DNA from: Haloarculaceae archaeon
GTDB taxonomy: Archaea; Halobacteriota; Halobacteria; Halobacteriales; Haloarculaceae
Length of the DNA stretch: 63,470 nucleotides
Reading direction: 5' to 3'
Assembly (NCBI GenBank): GCA_042219595.1
Contig: JBDGPQ010000073.1
Coordinates: 1 to 63,470, forward strand
Made by a program: the position numbers and the translations under genes. Numbering within the stretch: the first letter of the stretch is position 1; each line of letters opens with the position of its first letter. Of the stretch, positions 17,643 to 27,592 are shown one piece after another. The notes under the pieces are model-generated. The model ran no database searches and was not told the origin of the DNA. It was given only the letters and a program-made list of their open reading frames with translations.

Positions 17643-17933
17643 TCAGATTTCGACGTACAGTGAGTAGACGATCACGGCGAAGCCGACGGTGAGTAGGGCG
17701 CTCTCGACCAGAAGGCCGATTCTGAAGGCCGACGCCAAGAATTGGTCGAGCACCCCACCCAGAAGCGAGCCCAGAGTTACGATGGCAAACCCGATAGCGA
17801 GATACCAGAGAGCGGTTCGACCGGTCCGGCGGTACGCTCTGTAGGCGAAGAACGTGATCAGGGCGCCGAGTCCAAGCGTGACCGTTTTGAATGCGACGAT
17901 AGCCGTCGGAATCGTGATTTCGTGGGGGCTCAT
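17643..17933 (-). CDS. Membrane protein, paralog of 17187..17564
   Basis: The ATG at 17933 overlaps the stop of the upstream HTH gene (ATGA). The sequence MSPHEITIPTAIVAFKTVTLGLGALITFFAYRAYRRTG is TM-rich. Confidence 0.6.
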   Translation of the reverse strand: MSPHEITIPTAIVAFKTVTLGLGALITFFAYRAYRRTGRTALWYLAIGFAIVTLGSLLGGVLDQFLASAFRIGLLVESALLTVGFAVIVYSLYVEI

Positions 17934-18388
17934 GTCTCTTTTCGCACCTCCGACCAAAGGTCTGCTAACCGCTCATCAGCGGACCGGGGCCGTCGGCTAA
18001 TTTCCACTTCGAATTCTCGGCTTTCTGTGAGCGCAACAATTACAGCGCCAAAATCGACTGAATACGTCGAGGCGTGTTGGCCGTCTGGTCGGATGTCGAT
18101 GCCCTCCGAAAGGAGCGAAGCCTCGGATAGGCGATCCAGCTTTCGGTACGTCGTCGATAGCGGAACATCAGCCGCTTCGGAGATCTCCTCTGCAGTCATC
18201 GGCTCATCAAGAACTGTTACGATCGCCCGACACGCCTCGTCGTCGAGGGCATCAAGAACGGTCTCGAGGTCCGGCTCCGGGTCATCCTTTAGCGGGTCCC
18301 GGATCATCACGCTCGGGACGAGCCCACGGACGCCCATAATCGCTCCGACTGCGCAGCGAGCATCTCCTATCCCCTCAGATTCCCACAA
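17930..18388 (-). CDS. ArsR-type winged-helix transcriptional regulator
   Basis: The motif is LDALDDEACRAIVTVLDEPMTAEEISEAADVPLSTTYRKLDRLSEASLL. The true start may be an internal Met (MIRDPL). Confidence 0.7.
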   Translation of the reverse strand: MWESEGIGDARCAVGAIMGVRGLVPSVMIRDPLKDDPEPDLETVLDALDDEACRAIVTVLDEPMTAEEISEAADVPLSTTYRKLDRLSEASLLSEGIDIRPDGQHASTYSVDFGAVIVALTESREFEVEISRRPRSADERLADLWSEVRKET

Positions 18389-18506
18389 TCTGAATCATAT
18401 ATAAAAGAGAGCCCGAACATGTCGGTACACGGCCTCAGGTTGCGGGAATACGCTCGCCGAATTATGTGGCTAACAGGTCAACATTCGTCTGCAGGGTGAC
18501 CACCCA

Positions 18507-19628
18507 ATGTTTGACACTTCACGGCGACGGCTGCTCCAGGCGCTCGGAATCGGCGGCGCGGCGACCATCGCCGGCTGTCAGTCCGGAGCCCCGGAGAACG
18601 GATCGCCGACGCCGGCCGCGACGAGCACCCCCGGCGGCGGGGCAGCACAGGTCGATGTCGATACTGTGGCGGCCGACCCATCGGATCTGCCTGATCCCAT
18701 CGACCGCGACGAGCCTGCGACGATCCAGCACGAAATGACAATCCAGGAAGTGACGGCCGAGGTCGAGCCCGGCGTGACCTTTGATTATATGACGTTCGAC
18801 GGTCAGATCCCGGGACCGATGGTCCGAGTGCGGCAGGGCGATACGGTCGAGCTGACGCTCGAAAACCCTGAAGCAAATGCAATGCCGCACAACGTCGACT
18901 TCCACGCAGTCTATGGTACCGGCGGAGGGTCGATCGCGACAACGGCGAATCCAGGCGGTTCAAACAAACTCAAATTCCAAGCGAAGTATCCTGGTGCATT
19001 CATCTACCACTGTGCCGTGCCGAACCTCGACTACCACATCTCCGCGGGGATGTTTGGGATGATCGTGGTTGAGCCAAAAGACGGGCTCCGGGATGTCGAC
19101 CACGAGTTCTACTTCGGACAGCATGAACTATACACCGACAAAGAGACCGGAGCAGAGGGGCACCATGCCTTCGATATGGACGCTATGGCGGCCGAAAACC
19201 CGACATACGTCCTTCTCAATGGTGAGAAGTATGCGTGGGCAGCTGCCAATAATGGGCCGCTCGAGGTCGACAAGGGCGATTCCGTCCGGGTCTTCCTCGT
19301 CACCGGTGGGCCGAACGTCTCAAGCAACTTCCACCCAATCGGGAACGTCTGGTCACGGGCCTACCGCGACGGAGGTGTCCCGACCGATGAGGATCTCGAG
19401 GCCTATGCGGACAAAAACATCCAGACGATGAAGGTGCCCCCGGGCAGTTGTATGATCGGCGAAATGGAGACACCGGTGCCCGAACGAATCAAGCTGGTTG
19501 ACCACGCGTTGTCTCGGGTAGTTCGGAAGGGACTGCTCGCAGAGATCGATGTCCTCGGGGAGGAAGAGGAAGGGATCTACGATCCTGACTTTGGCGGCAG
19601 CAGCCACGAAGGTCCCGTCTACGGCTGA
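18507..19628 (+). CDS. nirK: Copper-containing nitrite reductase, Tat-exported lipoprotein precursor
   Basis: It has a twin-arginine signal SRRRLLQALG with lipobox IAGC. Cu ligand motifs are HNVDFH and YHCAVPNLDYHISAGM (Cys-His-Met). Confidence 0.9.
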   Translation: MFDTSRRRLLQALGIGGAATIAGCQSGAPENGSPTPAATSTPGGGAAQVDVDTVAADPSDLPDPIDRDEPATIQHEMTIQEVTAEVEPGVTFDYMTFDGQIPGPMVRVRQGDTVELTLENPEANAMPHNVDFHAVYGTGGGSIATTANPGGSNKLKFQAKYPGAFIYHCAVPNLDYHISAGMFGMIVVEPKDGLRDVDHEFYFGQHELYTDKETGAEGHHAFDMDAMAAENPTYVLLNGEKYAWAAANNGPLEVDKGDSVRVFLVTGGPNVSSNFHPIGNVWSRAYRDGGVPTDEDLEAYADKNIQTMKVPPGSCMIGEMETPVPERIKLVDHALSRVVRKGLLAEIDVLGEEEEGIYDPDFGGSSHEGPVYG

Positions 19629-19670
19629 CCGGACCGTCGGGCTTTTCTCCTACTCCCCGAAAGGAAGGGC

Positions 19671-20357
19671 GTGCTCGCCGTCGAGCTCCATACCCACTCC
19701 GACCGTTCTTACGACGGCCGGGATCCGGTGGAAAAGCTGCTCCAGCAAGCTGCAGCAGTCGGACTCGACGGACTTGCTGTTACTGATCACGACGAGATCG
19801 ATGCCAGCCTGGCTGCCGTCGACCGTGCGGCGGACTATGGTCTTATTGGAATTCCCGGAATGGAGGTCACATGTGCCGCGGGCCACGTCCTTGCGATCGG
19901 CATCGAGGACGCGGTGCCCCCCGAGCTGCCGTTCCGGGAAACCGTGGATCGTATCCACGATCTTGGTGGGATCGCCATCGTTCCCCACCCGTTTCAGGAG
20001 TTCCGCAATGGTGTTCTTGCGCACATTAATGAGGAGGAACTTCTTGCGGCAGACGCAATCGAGGTTTTCAATTCCCGGTTGCTCACTGGTCGCGCGAACC
20101 GTCAGGCCCAACGGTTCGCCCGGCGCAACGGCATGCCAATGACCGCCGGTAGCGATGCGCACATCTTCCCGATGGTGGGACGAGCCGTCACGCATGTCAA
20201 GACCGACGAGAGGTCGGTCGCAGCGATCCTGACCGCGATACGCGAAGGCCGGACCACAGTGGAAGGCCGACGAACTCCGTGGCGGGTCAGCCTTCGTCAG
20301 GCTGCCGGCGGTGTCAAACGGAAAATGGGCAGTCGAGTCCGCCGGTACCTCGGATAG
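19671..20357 (+). CDS. PHP-domain metal-dependent phosphoesterase
   Basis: It has a GTG start. Motifs are ELHTHSDRSYDG and GLDGLAVTDHDE, plus later His/Asp motifs (PHP, SDAH). Confidence 0.8.
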   Translation: MLAVELHTHSDRSYDGRDPVEKLLQQAAAVGLDGLAVTDHDEIDASLAAVDRAADYGLIGIPGMEVTCAAGHVLAIGIEDAVPPELPFRETVDRIHDLGGIAIVPHPFQEFRNGVLAHINEEELLAADAIEVFNSRLLTGRANRQAQRFARRNGMPMTAGSDAHIFPMVGRAVTHVKTDERSVAAILTAIREGRTTVEGRRTPWRVSLRQAAGGVKRKMGSRVRRYLG

Positions 20358-20607
20358 TTATATACACATCGTCATAGATTGTACACATAGCCATGAGGGG
20401 TAAGAACGGCCTTTCATCACCAAAACAACCCGGGCCGGGGGTCGGGGGGCGGCCAATCCAGCGGGTGACAGAATCACGTCCACCCGGAGTCGGCGTTGCG
20501 TGGCGCCCTACCGTTACTCAGACCAAGGAGTGATCTCCGACGGTTCCTCGAGCCTGTATTCTCGGAACGTACCGACTTGACCCCTCGGACGGAATCTGCA
20601 CCCGGAT

Positions 20608-21072
20608 TTAACTCATAGCCTCGATCGCCTGGCGGGCAATCGACATCACATCCGGCTCCAGATCGAGGCGGTCCAAATCGTCAGCGCGCATCCAGCGCCA
20701 GTCCGCTGCCGGCTGTTCGTTGGCTCCCGGATTGATCTCACGATTCGCTACCTGGCCGAAGTACACGAAATCAATGTGCTGATGGCCGACTCGGCCGTCC
20801 GAGTCGACGTTAATATCCTCGAGCAGGAGATGTTCGGCCTGTGGGAGGCTTTCTACTGTACTGGTTTCAAATTGCTGGGGATCAGTTTGGAGATCGACTG
20901 CGAGTCCAAGTTCTTCGTTGACCTCTCGTTTGGCGGTGACATGGGGTAACTCGTCGCGCTCAACGTGTCCTCCTGGCGGCAACCACTGCTCCAAGCGATC
21001 GTGGAAATGTAGCGCTGTGGCACCCTCGTGCACGACATATACGGTCGCGACGAAATGACGCGTGGTCTCCAT
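20608..21072 (-). CDS. NUDIX hydrolase
   Basis: The Nudix box is GGHVERDELPHVTAKREVNEELGL. Confidence 0.85.
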   Translation of the reverse strand: METTRHFVATVYVVHEGATALHFHDRLEQWLPPGGHVERDELPHVTAKREVNEELGLAVDLQTDPQQFETSTVESLPQAEHLLLEDINVDSDGRVGHQHIDFVYFGQVANREINPGANEQPAADWRWMRADDLDRLDLEPDVMSIARQAIEAMS

Positions 21073-21110
21073 GCCTCCCAGAGCCCTGGAGAAACCAAGC
21101 CGGTTTCGCC

Positions 21111-22085
21111 TCAGACCCCAGGTATGGATTCCTCGGCTTCGAGCAACTCGTGGTAGCGGTTGCGGATCGTGACCTCGGAGATGTTCGCAACCTCGCTAAC
21201 CTCGTTCTGAGTGACTTTCTCGTTGGTGAGCAGCGATGCAGCGTAGACGGCGGCCGCCGCGAGTCCGACGGGTGATTTGCCCGAATGAACGCCCTTATCC
21301 TTCGCGTTCTTCAGCAATTGTCTGGCTCGTCGCTCGACCTCCTCTGAAAGGCCTAGATCCGACGCGAACCGGGGCACATAGCTCTCCGGATCCGCCGGCT
21401 TGATTTCCAGGTTGAGTTCCCGGACGACGTACCGGTAGGTGCGAGCGATTTCGTCCTTTCCGACCCGTGAGACGCTCTCGATCTCATCGAGTGAGCGAGG
21501 CGTACCCGCCTGCCTGGCGGCGGCATACAGCGAGGCGGTCGATACGCCTTCGATGGAGCGTCCGGGAAGAAGGTCTTCATCGAGCGCCCTGCGGTAGATG
21601 ACACTCGCGGTCTCACGAACGTTCTCCGGGAGGCCGAGAGCGCTCGCCATTCGATCGATTTCCCCGAGGGCTTGCTTCAGGTTCCGCTCCTTCGAGTCCC
21701 GCGTTCGGAAGCGCTCGTTCCAGGTCCGGAGTCGCTGCATCTTTTCTCGCTGGCGTGAGGACAGTGCATTCCCGTATGCATCCTTGTCCTGCCAGCCGAT
21801 ATTCGTGGACAGCCCCTTATCGTGCATCATGTTTGTCGTCGGGGCACCTACTCGGGATTTCTCATCCTTCTCCTTCGGATCGAAAGCCCGCCACTCCGGG
21901 CCCGGATCGATTTCGTCTTCTTCGACGACGAGGCCACACTCTGCACAGACCGTCTCGCCACGCTCCTCGTCGGTGGCTAGACGGCCACCACACTCCGGAC
22001 AGGTGACCTCCGAACGGCTGTCATCTGTTTTCTCATCCTCGCTCTCTCGCTCTCGCGCGTAGGTTCTCGTTGACGTGTCGGTCAT
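21111..22085 (-). CDS. tfb: Transcription initiation factor IIB
   Basis: It has the Zn ribbon CPECGGRL...CAECG, then PEWRAF and two cyclin-fold repeats. Confidence 0.95.
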   Translation of the reverse strand: MTDTSTRTYARERESEDEKTDDSRSEVTCPECGGRLATDEERGETVCAECGLVVEEDEIDPGPEWRAFDPKEKDEKSRVGAPTTNMMHDKGLSTNIGWQDKDAYGNALSSRQREKMQRLRTWNERFRTRDSKERNLKQALGEIDRMASALGLPENVRETASVIYRRALDEDLLPGRSIEGVSTASLYAAARQAGTPRSLDEIESVSRVGKDEIARTYRYVVRELNLEIKPADPESYVPRFASDLGLSEEVERRARQLLKNAKDKGVHSGKSPVGLAAAAVYAASLLTNEKVTQNEVSEVANISEVTIRNRYHELLEAEESIPGV

Positions 22086-22216
22086 TTTGTGGCTCGGGGT
22101 CGCTCCCCGTAGAATCCTCTATCGCAACTGATGTGTTGTGCTCGTCCCAACTTAAAGTTTGTCCCAGCGTGTATCGGTATCGAAACCTATGAGTCGAGTC
22201 CCCCCTGACGCCGGCC

Positions 22217-22495
22217 ATGGACGATCAGGCCGTCGAGCCAGAGACGGTCCGGCATGTTGCTGACCTCGCTCGAGTCGACTTATCCGAAGATGAGGTTCAG
22301 CGGTTCGCCAGCCAATTCGGTGAGGTGCTCGCGGCCTTCGAGACGCTGGACGAAGTCCCAGAGGTTGACACCGAGAGCGAGCTGACAAACGTACTGCGGA
22401 CCGACGAGGTTGGAGAGTCCCTCGACCGTGAGGCGGCGCTACAGAATGCCCCGGAGACTGAAGACGGCTACTTCAAAGGGCCACGCGTCTCGTAG
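22217..22495 (+). CDS. gatC: Asp/Glu-tRNA amidotransferase subunit C
   Basis: The 92-aa ORF contains VRHVADLARVDLSEDEV and sits directly upstream of gatA. Confidence 0.9.
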   Translation: MDDQAVEPETVRHVADLARVDLSEDEVQRFASQFGEVLAAFETLDEVPEVDTESELTNVLRTDEVGESLDREAALQNAPETEDGYFKGPRVS

Positions 22496-23767
22496 ATGGA
22501 ATACAACGGCTATGTCACCGAGGAACGCATCGAAGGGACAGCAGACGGTGTGTTGTCCGGCCGCACGGTTGCGGTAAAGGACAATCTCTCGACCGCAGGG
22601 GTGCGGACGACATGCGGATCCGAGATGCTCGCGGATTACGTGCCACCCTATGACGCGACGGTCGTCGAACGAGTCAAGCGTGCCGGTGCCACCATTTCCG
22701 GGAAGACCAATATGGATGAATTCGGGATGGGAACGACGACAGAAACCTCCGCGTTTGGCCCGACCGAGAATCCGGTTGCCCCGGGGCACGTTCCGGGCGG
22801 CTCGTCAGGTGGATCCGCGGCCGTCGTTGCTGCAGGTGATGCGGATCTTGCCCTCGGATCAGACACCGGCGGATCGGTCCGCTGTCCCGCAGCATTCTGC
22901 GGGGTCGTCGGGCTCAAGCCAACATATGGTCTGGTCTCTCGGTATGGACTCGTCGCCTATGCTAACAGCCTCGAACAAATCGGCCCGATTGCGCCCACGG
23001 TCGCTGGTGCCGCCGAGTTGCTTGATGTCATCGCCGGTCCGGACGAACGCGATGCGACGACACGCGAGGATCCTGGGGAAGGAACCTATGCCGAGGCTGC
23101 CGATGGTGCGATTGAGGGGTTCGATGTCGGGATCCCATCGCAGCTCGTCGACGGCGCTACACGGGCTGTCACAGACGTGTTCGACGCCGCGATCGCCACG
23201 CTGGAATCACAAGGTGCCAATATTCGACAGATCGAATTACCCGCTCTGGAACATGCAGTCGAGGCATATTATGTCATAGCCATGGGAGAAGCTTCCTCGA
23301 ATCTGGCACGGTTCGACGGTGTCCGGTATGGTATCTCGGGAGGGTATGAGGGCGACTGGAACGAGAGCTTTGCGCAGGCCCGCGAAGCGGGCTTCGGCGA
23401 GGAGGTCAAGCGGCGCATCCTGCTCGGCACGTATGCGCTATCGGCCGGCTATCATGACAAATACTATGCCAAAGCACAGGATGCCCGTAGCTGGGTCAAA
23501 CAGCAGTTTGACGCCGCGTTCGAAGACGTAGATGTCATTGCCTCGCCGACGATGCCCGTCCCACCATTCGAACTGGGCGAAGGGCTGGACGACCCACTCC
23601 AGCTCTACCTCGCGGATGCAAATACGACCCCAGTCAATCTCGCGAACCTGCCGGCGATATCCGTCCCAGCCGGTGAAACAGATGCGGGCCTGCCGGTGGG
23701 GCTCCAATTCGTCGGGCCGGCCTTCGGCGAGCGGACCGTCATTCGGGCGGGCAGTGCTCTCGCTTAG
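22496..23767 (+). CDS. gatA: Asp/Glu-tRNA amidotransferase subunit A
   Basis: The amidase signature GGSSGGSAAVVAAG...GSDTGGSVR is present. The start abuts the gatC stop. Confidence 0.95.
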   Translation: MEYNGYVTEERIEGTADGVLSGRTVAVKDNLSTAGVRTTCGSEMLADYVPPYDATVVERVKRAGATISGKTNMDEFGMGTTTETSAFGPTENPVAPGHVPGGSSGGSAAVVAAGDADLALGSDTGGSVRCPAAFCGVVGLKPTYGLVSRYGLVAYANSLEQIGPIAPTVAGAAELLDVIAGPDERDATTREDPGEGTYAEAADGAIEGFDVGIPSQLVDGATRAVTDVFDAAIATLESQGANIRQIELPALEHAVEAYYVIAMGEASSNLARFDGVRYGISGGYEGDWNESFAQAREAGFGEEVKRRILLGTYALSAGYHDKYYAKAQDARSWVKQQFDAAFEDVDVIASPTMPVPPFELGEGLDDPLQLYLADANTTPVNLANLPAISVPAGETDAGLPVGLQFVGPAFGERTVIRAGSALA

Positions 23768-24869
23768 AGGTCGTTATACACCGCTTCGAGCCGGTCGATC
23801 GCGGTCGATACGGCGATCTCCTCTCGTCGCTCGAGACATCGTTCCGAGAGCTGATCGGCCTCAGCGAGCGTCCGGCGGATGGTGGCTCGAAACGCTTCAA
23901 CATCGACCTCAGCGGCCGCATACCCATTGACGCCGTCCTCGATCGTCCCCGCGAGTGCGCCCGCATTCACGCCGGCGACCGGTGTCCCACACGCAGTCGC
24001 CTCGAGCGCAACCAGCCCCTGTGTCTCAACCGGGCTCGGAAACGCGAACACGTCGAGCATTGAGTAAAAGCCTGGCAGCTCCTCCCGGTCGAGGAATCCA
24101 AGAAAACGAGCGTCGACGTTCGCCGCTGCCGCCCGCTCCTCTAATGACTCCCGGGCGGGCCCGTCGCCAGCCAAGACCAGGGTGGCATCGATTTCGAGGC
24201 CTGCAACGGCATCTATCAGTAGATCGAGTCGTTTCTCGTACCCATGCCGGCCGGTATACCCGATCAGGGGGCCTTCAGTGAGGCCATACCGCTCGCGGAT
24301 ATCGGTCTCGACTGGCGCGAATACATCGATGTCGACACCGTTAGGGACGACCTTGATCGGCACTTCAACCCCAACGTCCTCACGGATCGTATGACGGGTT
24401 TCCTCGCTCGGAACCACGACCACATCTGCACGGTTCAGATACCACCGTTCCCAGCCTGTGGCGACACTCCGGACAGTTCGTTCGAACGTGCCATCGACGG
24501 AGAGGTATCCCGCATACTCAGCGGACGGAGTGTGGTATGAGGCCACAAGTGGAACGTCACGGGCTCGCGAGCCGCGCGGAGTGCGGCGATGCCCAATGCG
24601 AACGGAGTATGAGCATGAACGATATCCGGCATTGGAACGCCGGCGGGGGTCCGTGGGACGCCGACTCTGAAGCCCTTGTAGAACGGAAACGGGATGCTGC
24701 GGACAGGGTACTCGCCGGACCCAGGGGTGTAATCACTATCCGGGTACACCACATCCATACGCCCGCCGCGGTCGGCCCACCGTTCCCGCCAGGTTTTGAC
24801 GGTATAGGTCACCCCATTCACAGTGGGAAGATAGGTGTCGGTGAACGCGGCCACGCCGGGCAGGCTCAT
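23764..24869 (-). pseudogene. GT4-family glycosyltransferase split by a frameshift near 24562-24568
   Basis: The N-terminal frame (24869 downward) reads MSLPGVAAFTDTYLPTVNGVTYTV...IVHAHTPFALGIAALRAAR and then runs into junk. The continuation ARDVPLVASYHTPSAEYAGYL... is in another frame and carries on to the GT4 C-terminal domain (FPSPVETQGLVALEA). Confidence 0.7.
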
Positions 24870-24959
24870 TCCTCAGATCGTGCGCCAGCGCGCGCCTAAT
24901 GCGTTGTGACTCGCTCGAGTCCGGAAGACAGTTGCCACGGGCTATAGATAACCGAGTCA

Positions 24960-25979
24960 ATGGCCCTGCCACCGGACCTTCGAGTCAGCCACTATTTCGA
25001 GTGGGAGCAGTGGATCACCGGTGGGCAGGCACAGTCCGTGAACAATCAGCGCACGATACTCGACAACCACGAGATCGCGTATACGACTGCACCGCGGCTC
25101 GATGTCGACCTTATCCACCTGAATAACATGGGCCCGCGATCTGTGCTCCTCGCACTTCGGGCCCGGCGTCGAGGCATCCCTGTCGTGGTGCATACCCACC
25201 AGACCGCCGCTGATATGCGTGAGAGCTTTGCGTTCTCCAATTGGCTTGCGCGGCCGCTCAAACCGTATCTCGCGAAAGCGTACAGTCTCGCTGACCACCT
25301 CATATGTCCCTCGGAGCACACCGCTGAGGTTATTGGGGAATACTGTGATGTGCCTCGGACGGTTGTCTCGAACGGATACGATCCGGAGAAGCTGGCCGGC
25401 TACGCATCCCTTCGCGAGCGGTACCTCGAGCGCTACGAATTGGATCCACCTGTCGTCTTCACAGTCGGGCATGTCATCGAACGAAAGGGTCTGTCAGCGT
25501 TCATCGAGACGGCCGAGCAGCTACCGAATCTGGATTTTGCCTGGTTTGGCTACCTCAATCCGACTGGCGGGCGACTCGATCGCATACTGCGAAGCCGGCG
25601 AACGTCGAGACTCGTTGATTCTGCACCACCGAACTGTACTTTCACCGGATATATCGAGGATATCCGAGGTGCATACGCAGCGGGCGATATTTTCCTCTTT
25701 CCAACGAAAAACGAGAATGAGGGGATGGCACTGCTCGAAGCCATGGCGACCGGACATCCACCGGTCGTGCGAGATATTCCGACGTTCGATTGGCTTGAGG
25801 ATGGCACCACGTGCCTCAAGGGAGCGAACGAGTTTGCCCCACCAGTCCAACGCCTCGCTGCCGACCCGGATCTCCGAGCAGACATCGGTGAAGCGGCCGC
25901 GGAGGCTGTCGACTCGTACACCCTGGATGCCGTCGCGGAGGAGCTAATCGCGGTGTATCAAACGGTCCTCGAGGACTGA
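24960..25979 (+). CDS. GT4-family glycosyltransferase
   Basis: The motif FLFPTKNENEGMALLEAMATGHPPVVRD (the E-x7-E region) is present. It is divergent from the frameshifted GT4. Confidence 0.85.
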   Translation: MALPPDLRVSHYFEWEQWITGGQAQSVNNQRTILDNHEIAYTTAPRLDVDLIHLNNMGPRSVLLALRARRRGIPVVVHTHQTAADMRESFAFSNWLARPLKPYLAKAYSLADHLICPSEHTAEVIGEYCDVPRTVVSNGYDPEKLAGYASLRERYLERYELDPPVVFTVGHVIERKGLSAFIETAEQLPNLDFAWFGYLNPTGGRLDRILRSRRTSRLVDSAPPNCTFTGYIEDIRGAYAAGDIFLFPTKNENEGMALLEAMATGHPPVVRDIPTFDWLEDGTTCLKGANEFAPPVQRLAADPDLRADIGEAAAEAVDSYTLDAVAEELIAVYQTVLED

Positions 25980-26017
25980 CGGAATGCTTACCGGTGCTGG
26001 TCACTGATACTGCGCCG

Positions 26018-26323
26018 ATGGCAGACGAGGCGGAGATCGCGTTGGAACGGATCGAGCGTCTTGTCACGCTCGCCCGTGCGGCCGCGCGAGACGGACACGG
26101 TGACCGTGCCAGCGCGTACGCCGCCCGGGCCCGCCGGCTGGCCGAACGTCACCGACTCTCCGTCCCACGAGTCGTCGACCGGTTCACCTGCGACAGCTGT
26201 GGCGCTTGGTTGCGGCCGGGTCAGAACGCCCGCTTCCGACTCAGAGATGGGCATGTCGTCGTTACGTGTGACTGCGGCACGCACGCCCGGTATCCGTATG
26301 AGGATCGAAGTGGGTCGGAGTGA
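26018..26323 (+). CDS. rnp4: RNase P protein component 4 (Rpr2/RPP21 family)
   Basis: A helical N-terminus (IALERIERLVTLARAA) is followed by the Zn ribbon CDSCGAWL...CDCG. Confidence 0.8.
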   Translation: MADEAEIALERIERLVTLARAAARDGHGDRASAYAARARRLAERHRLSVPRVVDRFTCDSCGAWLRPGQNARFRLRDGHVVVTCDCGTHARYPYEDRSGSE

Positions 26324-26471
26324 ACTACCCCTACCGACTGGCCACGTCGGTCACTCCTTGGGAATGGTAACTCAGCCTATGAACCGCCTCGTGGCCAAGC
26401 CTCGAGGCACTCGGCCTGTTCCGGCTGTAGAACTGTAGAAGTTAAATGTGCGGCGCGAGCATAATCCGCCC

Positions 26472-26705
26472 ATGACGGATGGGTCGATCCAGGAGCTCGA
26501 AGCGACGCTCCGAGTTGGGAAGGGTGGCGTGGAGCCGGTTGCTGATGAGCTACGATCACAGCTCGACGATCGGGATCGAGTCAAGGTGAAATTCCTTCGA
26601 TCGGCACTGGGCGGTACGGACGCCGACCGACTGGCAGCCGAACTCGCGGCACTCGCTGACGCGTCCGTAGTGGAGACCCGGGGTCATACAGCGGTGTTCG
26701 AATAA
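26472..26705 (+). CDS. YhbY/CRM-domain RNA-binding protein
   Basis: The 77-aa ORF contains LRVGKGGVEPVADELRSQLDDRDRVKVKF...VVETRGHTAVF. Confidence 0.75.
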   Translation: MTDGSIQELEATLRVGKGGVEPVADELRSQLDDRDRVKVKFLRSALGGTDADRLAAELAALADASVVETRGHTAVFE

Positions 26706-27592
26706 TGGCGGCCGCAGGAGACCTCCCACCAGTAGCTGATTGGCTCGCCGGATTTGGAGTCCCCTATGCCAATCCGTTAGGTAAGCTGATCACTTTCATC
26801 GTTGTACTCATTGCGATCTACATTGCGGGCCGGCTGACGGTGGTGCCGCTCGTTGATCGAATTCTCACTCGTCGTGATGTCGATGCCCACGCCCGACGCC
26901 CGCTCTCGAAACTCACGAAGGCAGCAGTTGTCTTTATCGCCATTGCTGTCGCGTTTGGGCTCGCGGGCTTTGGAAGCTTCCTCCAGTCCTTGGCCACCAT
27001 CGCCGCGGCCGCAACGCTCGCTATCGGGTTTGCGCTCCAGGACGTCATCAAAAACTTCGTCGCTGGCGTGTTCATTTTCACGGATCGGCCGTTTCGGATC
27101 GGCGATTGGATCGAATGGGATAATCACTCCGGGATCGTCGAGGACATTAGCCTTCGAGTCTCCAGGGTCAGAACCTTCGATAACGAGCTATTGACGGTCC
27201 CCAATTCACAGCTCACGGATGGCGTCATCAAGAACCCGGTTGCGAAAGATCGACTTCGACTCAAATTCCTTTTCGGAATCGGGTACGATGACGATATTGA
27301 GACGGCGACGGAGATCATTATCGATGAAGCCGAGAAGCACGAGGGAATCATGGACGATCCGGCACCCTCTGTACGCCTGACGGAATTAGCGGATTCCTTC
27401 GTTGGTCTCCAGTCGCGGATTTGGATCGCGAACCCAAGTCGAGCAGACTTCGTGAAGACGAAGGCGGAGTATGTCACGGCCGTCAAACAGCGCTTCGACG
27501 AGGCTGGCATCGAGATCCCCTATCCCCAGCGGGATATCTCGGGCGAATTGGCAGTCTCGGACGGCGTCGTCGACGTTCCCGCAGAAGAGTAG
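26705..27592 (+). CDS. Small-conductance mechanosensitive channel (MscS family)
   Basis: It has three N-terminal TM helices, then FVAGVFIFTDRPFRIGDWIEW and a beta domain. Confidence 0.9.
   Translation: MAAAGDLPPVADWLAGFGVPYANPLGKLITFIVVLIAIYIAGRLTVVPLVDRILTRRDVDAHARRPLSKLTKAAVVFIAIAVAFGLAGFGSFLQSLATIAAAATLAIGFALQDVIKNFVAGVFIFTDRPFRIGDWIEWDNHSGIVEDISLRVSRVRTFDNELLTVPNSQLTDGVIKNPVAKDRLRLKFLFGIGYDDDIETATEIIIDEAEKHEGIMDDPAPSVRLTELADSFVGLQSRIWIANPSRADFVKTKAEYVTAVKQRFDEAGIEIPYPQRDISGELAVSDGVVDVPAEE

Noticed and set aside
20358-20607. SRP RNA hypothesis for this structured spacer
   Set aside because: It has no GGAA tetraloop flanked by AGCA-type motifs on either strand, and only about 250 nt is available. 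The SRP RNA is at 27768-28082. I kept the spacer only as an unassigned sRNA candidate.
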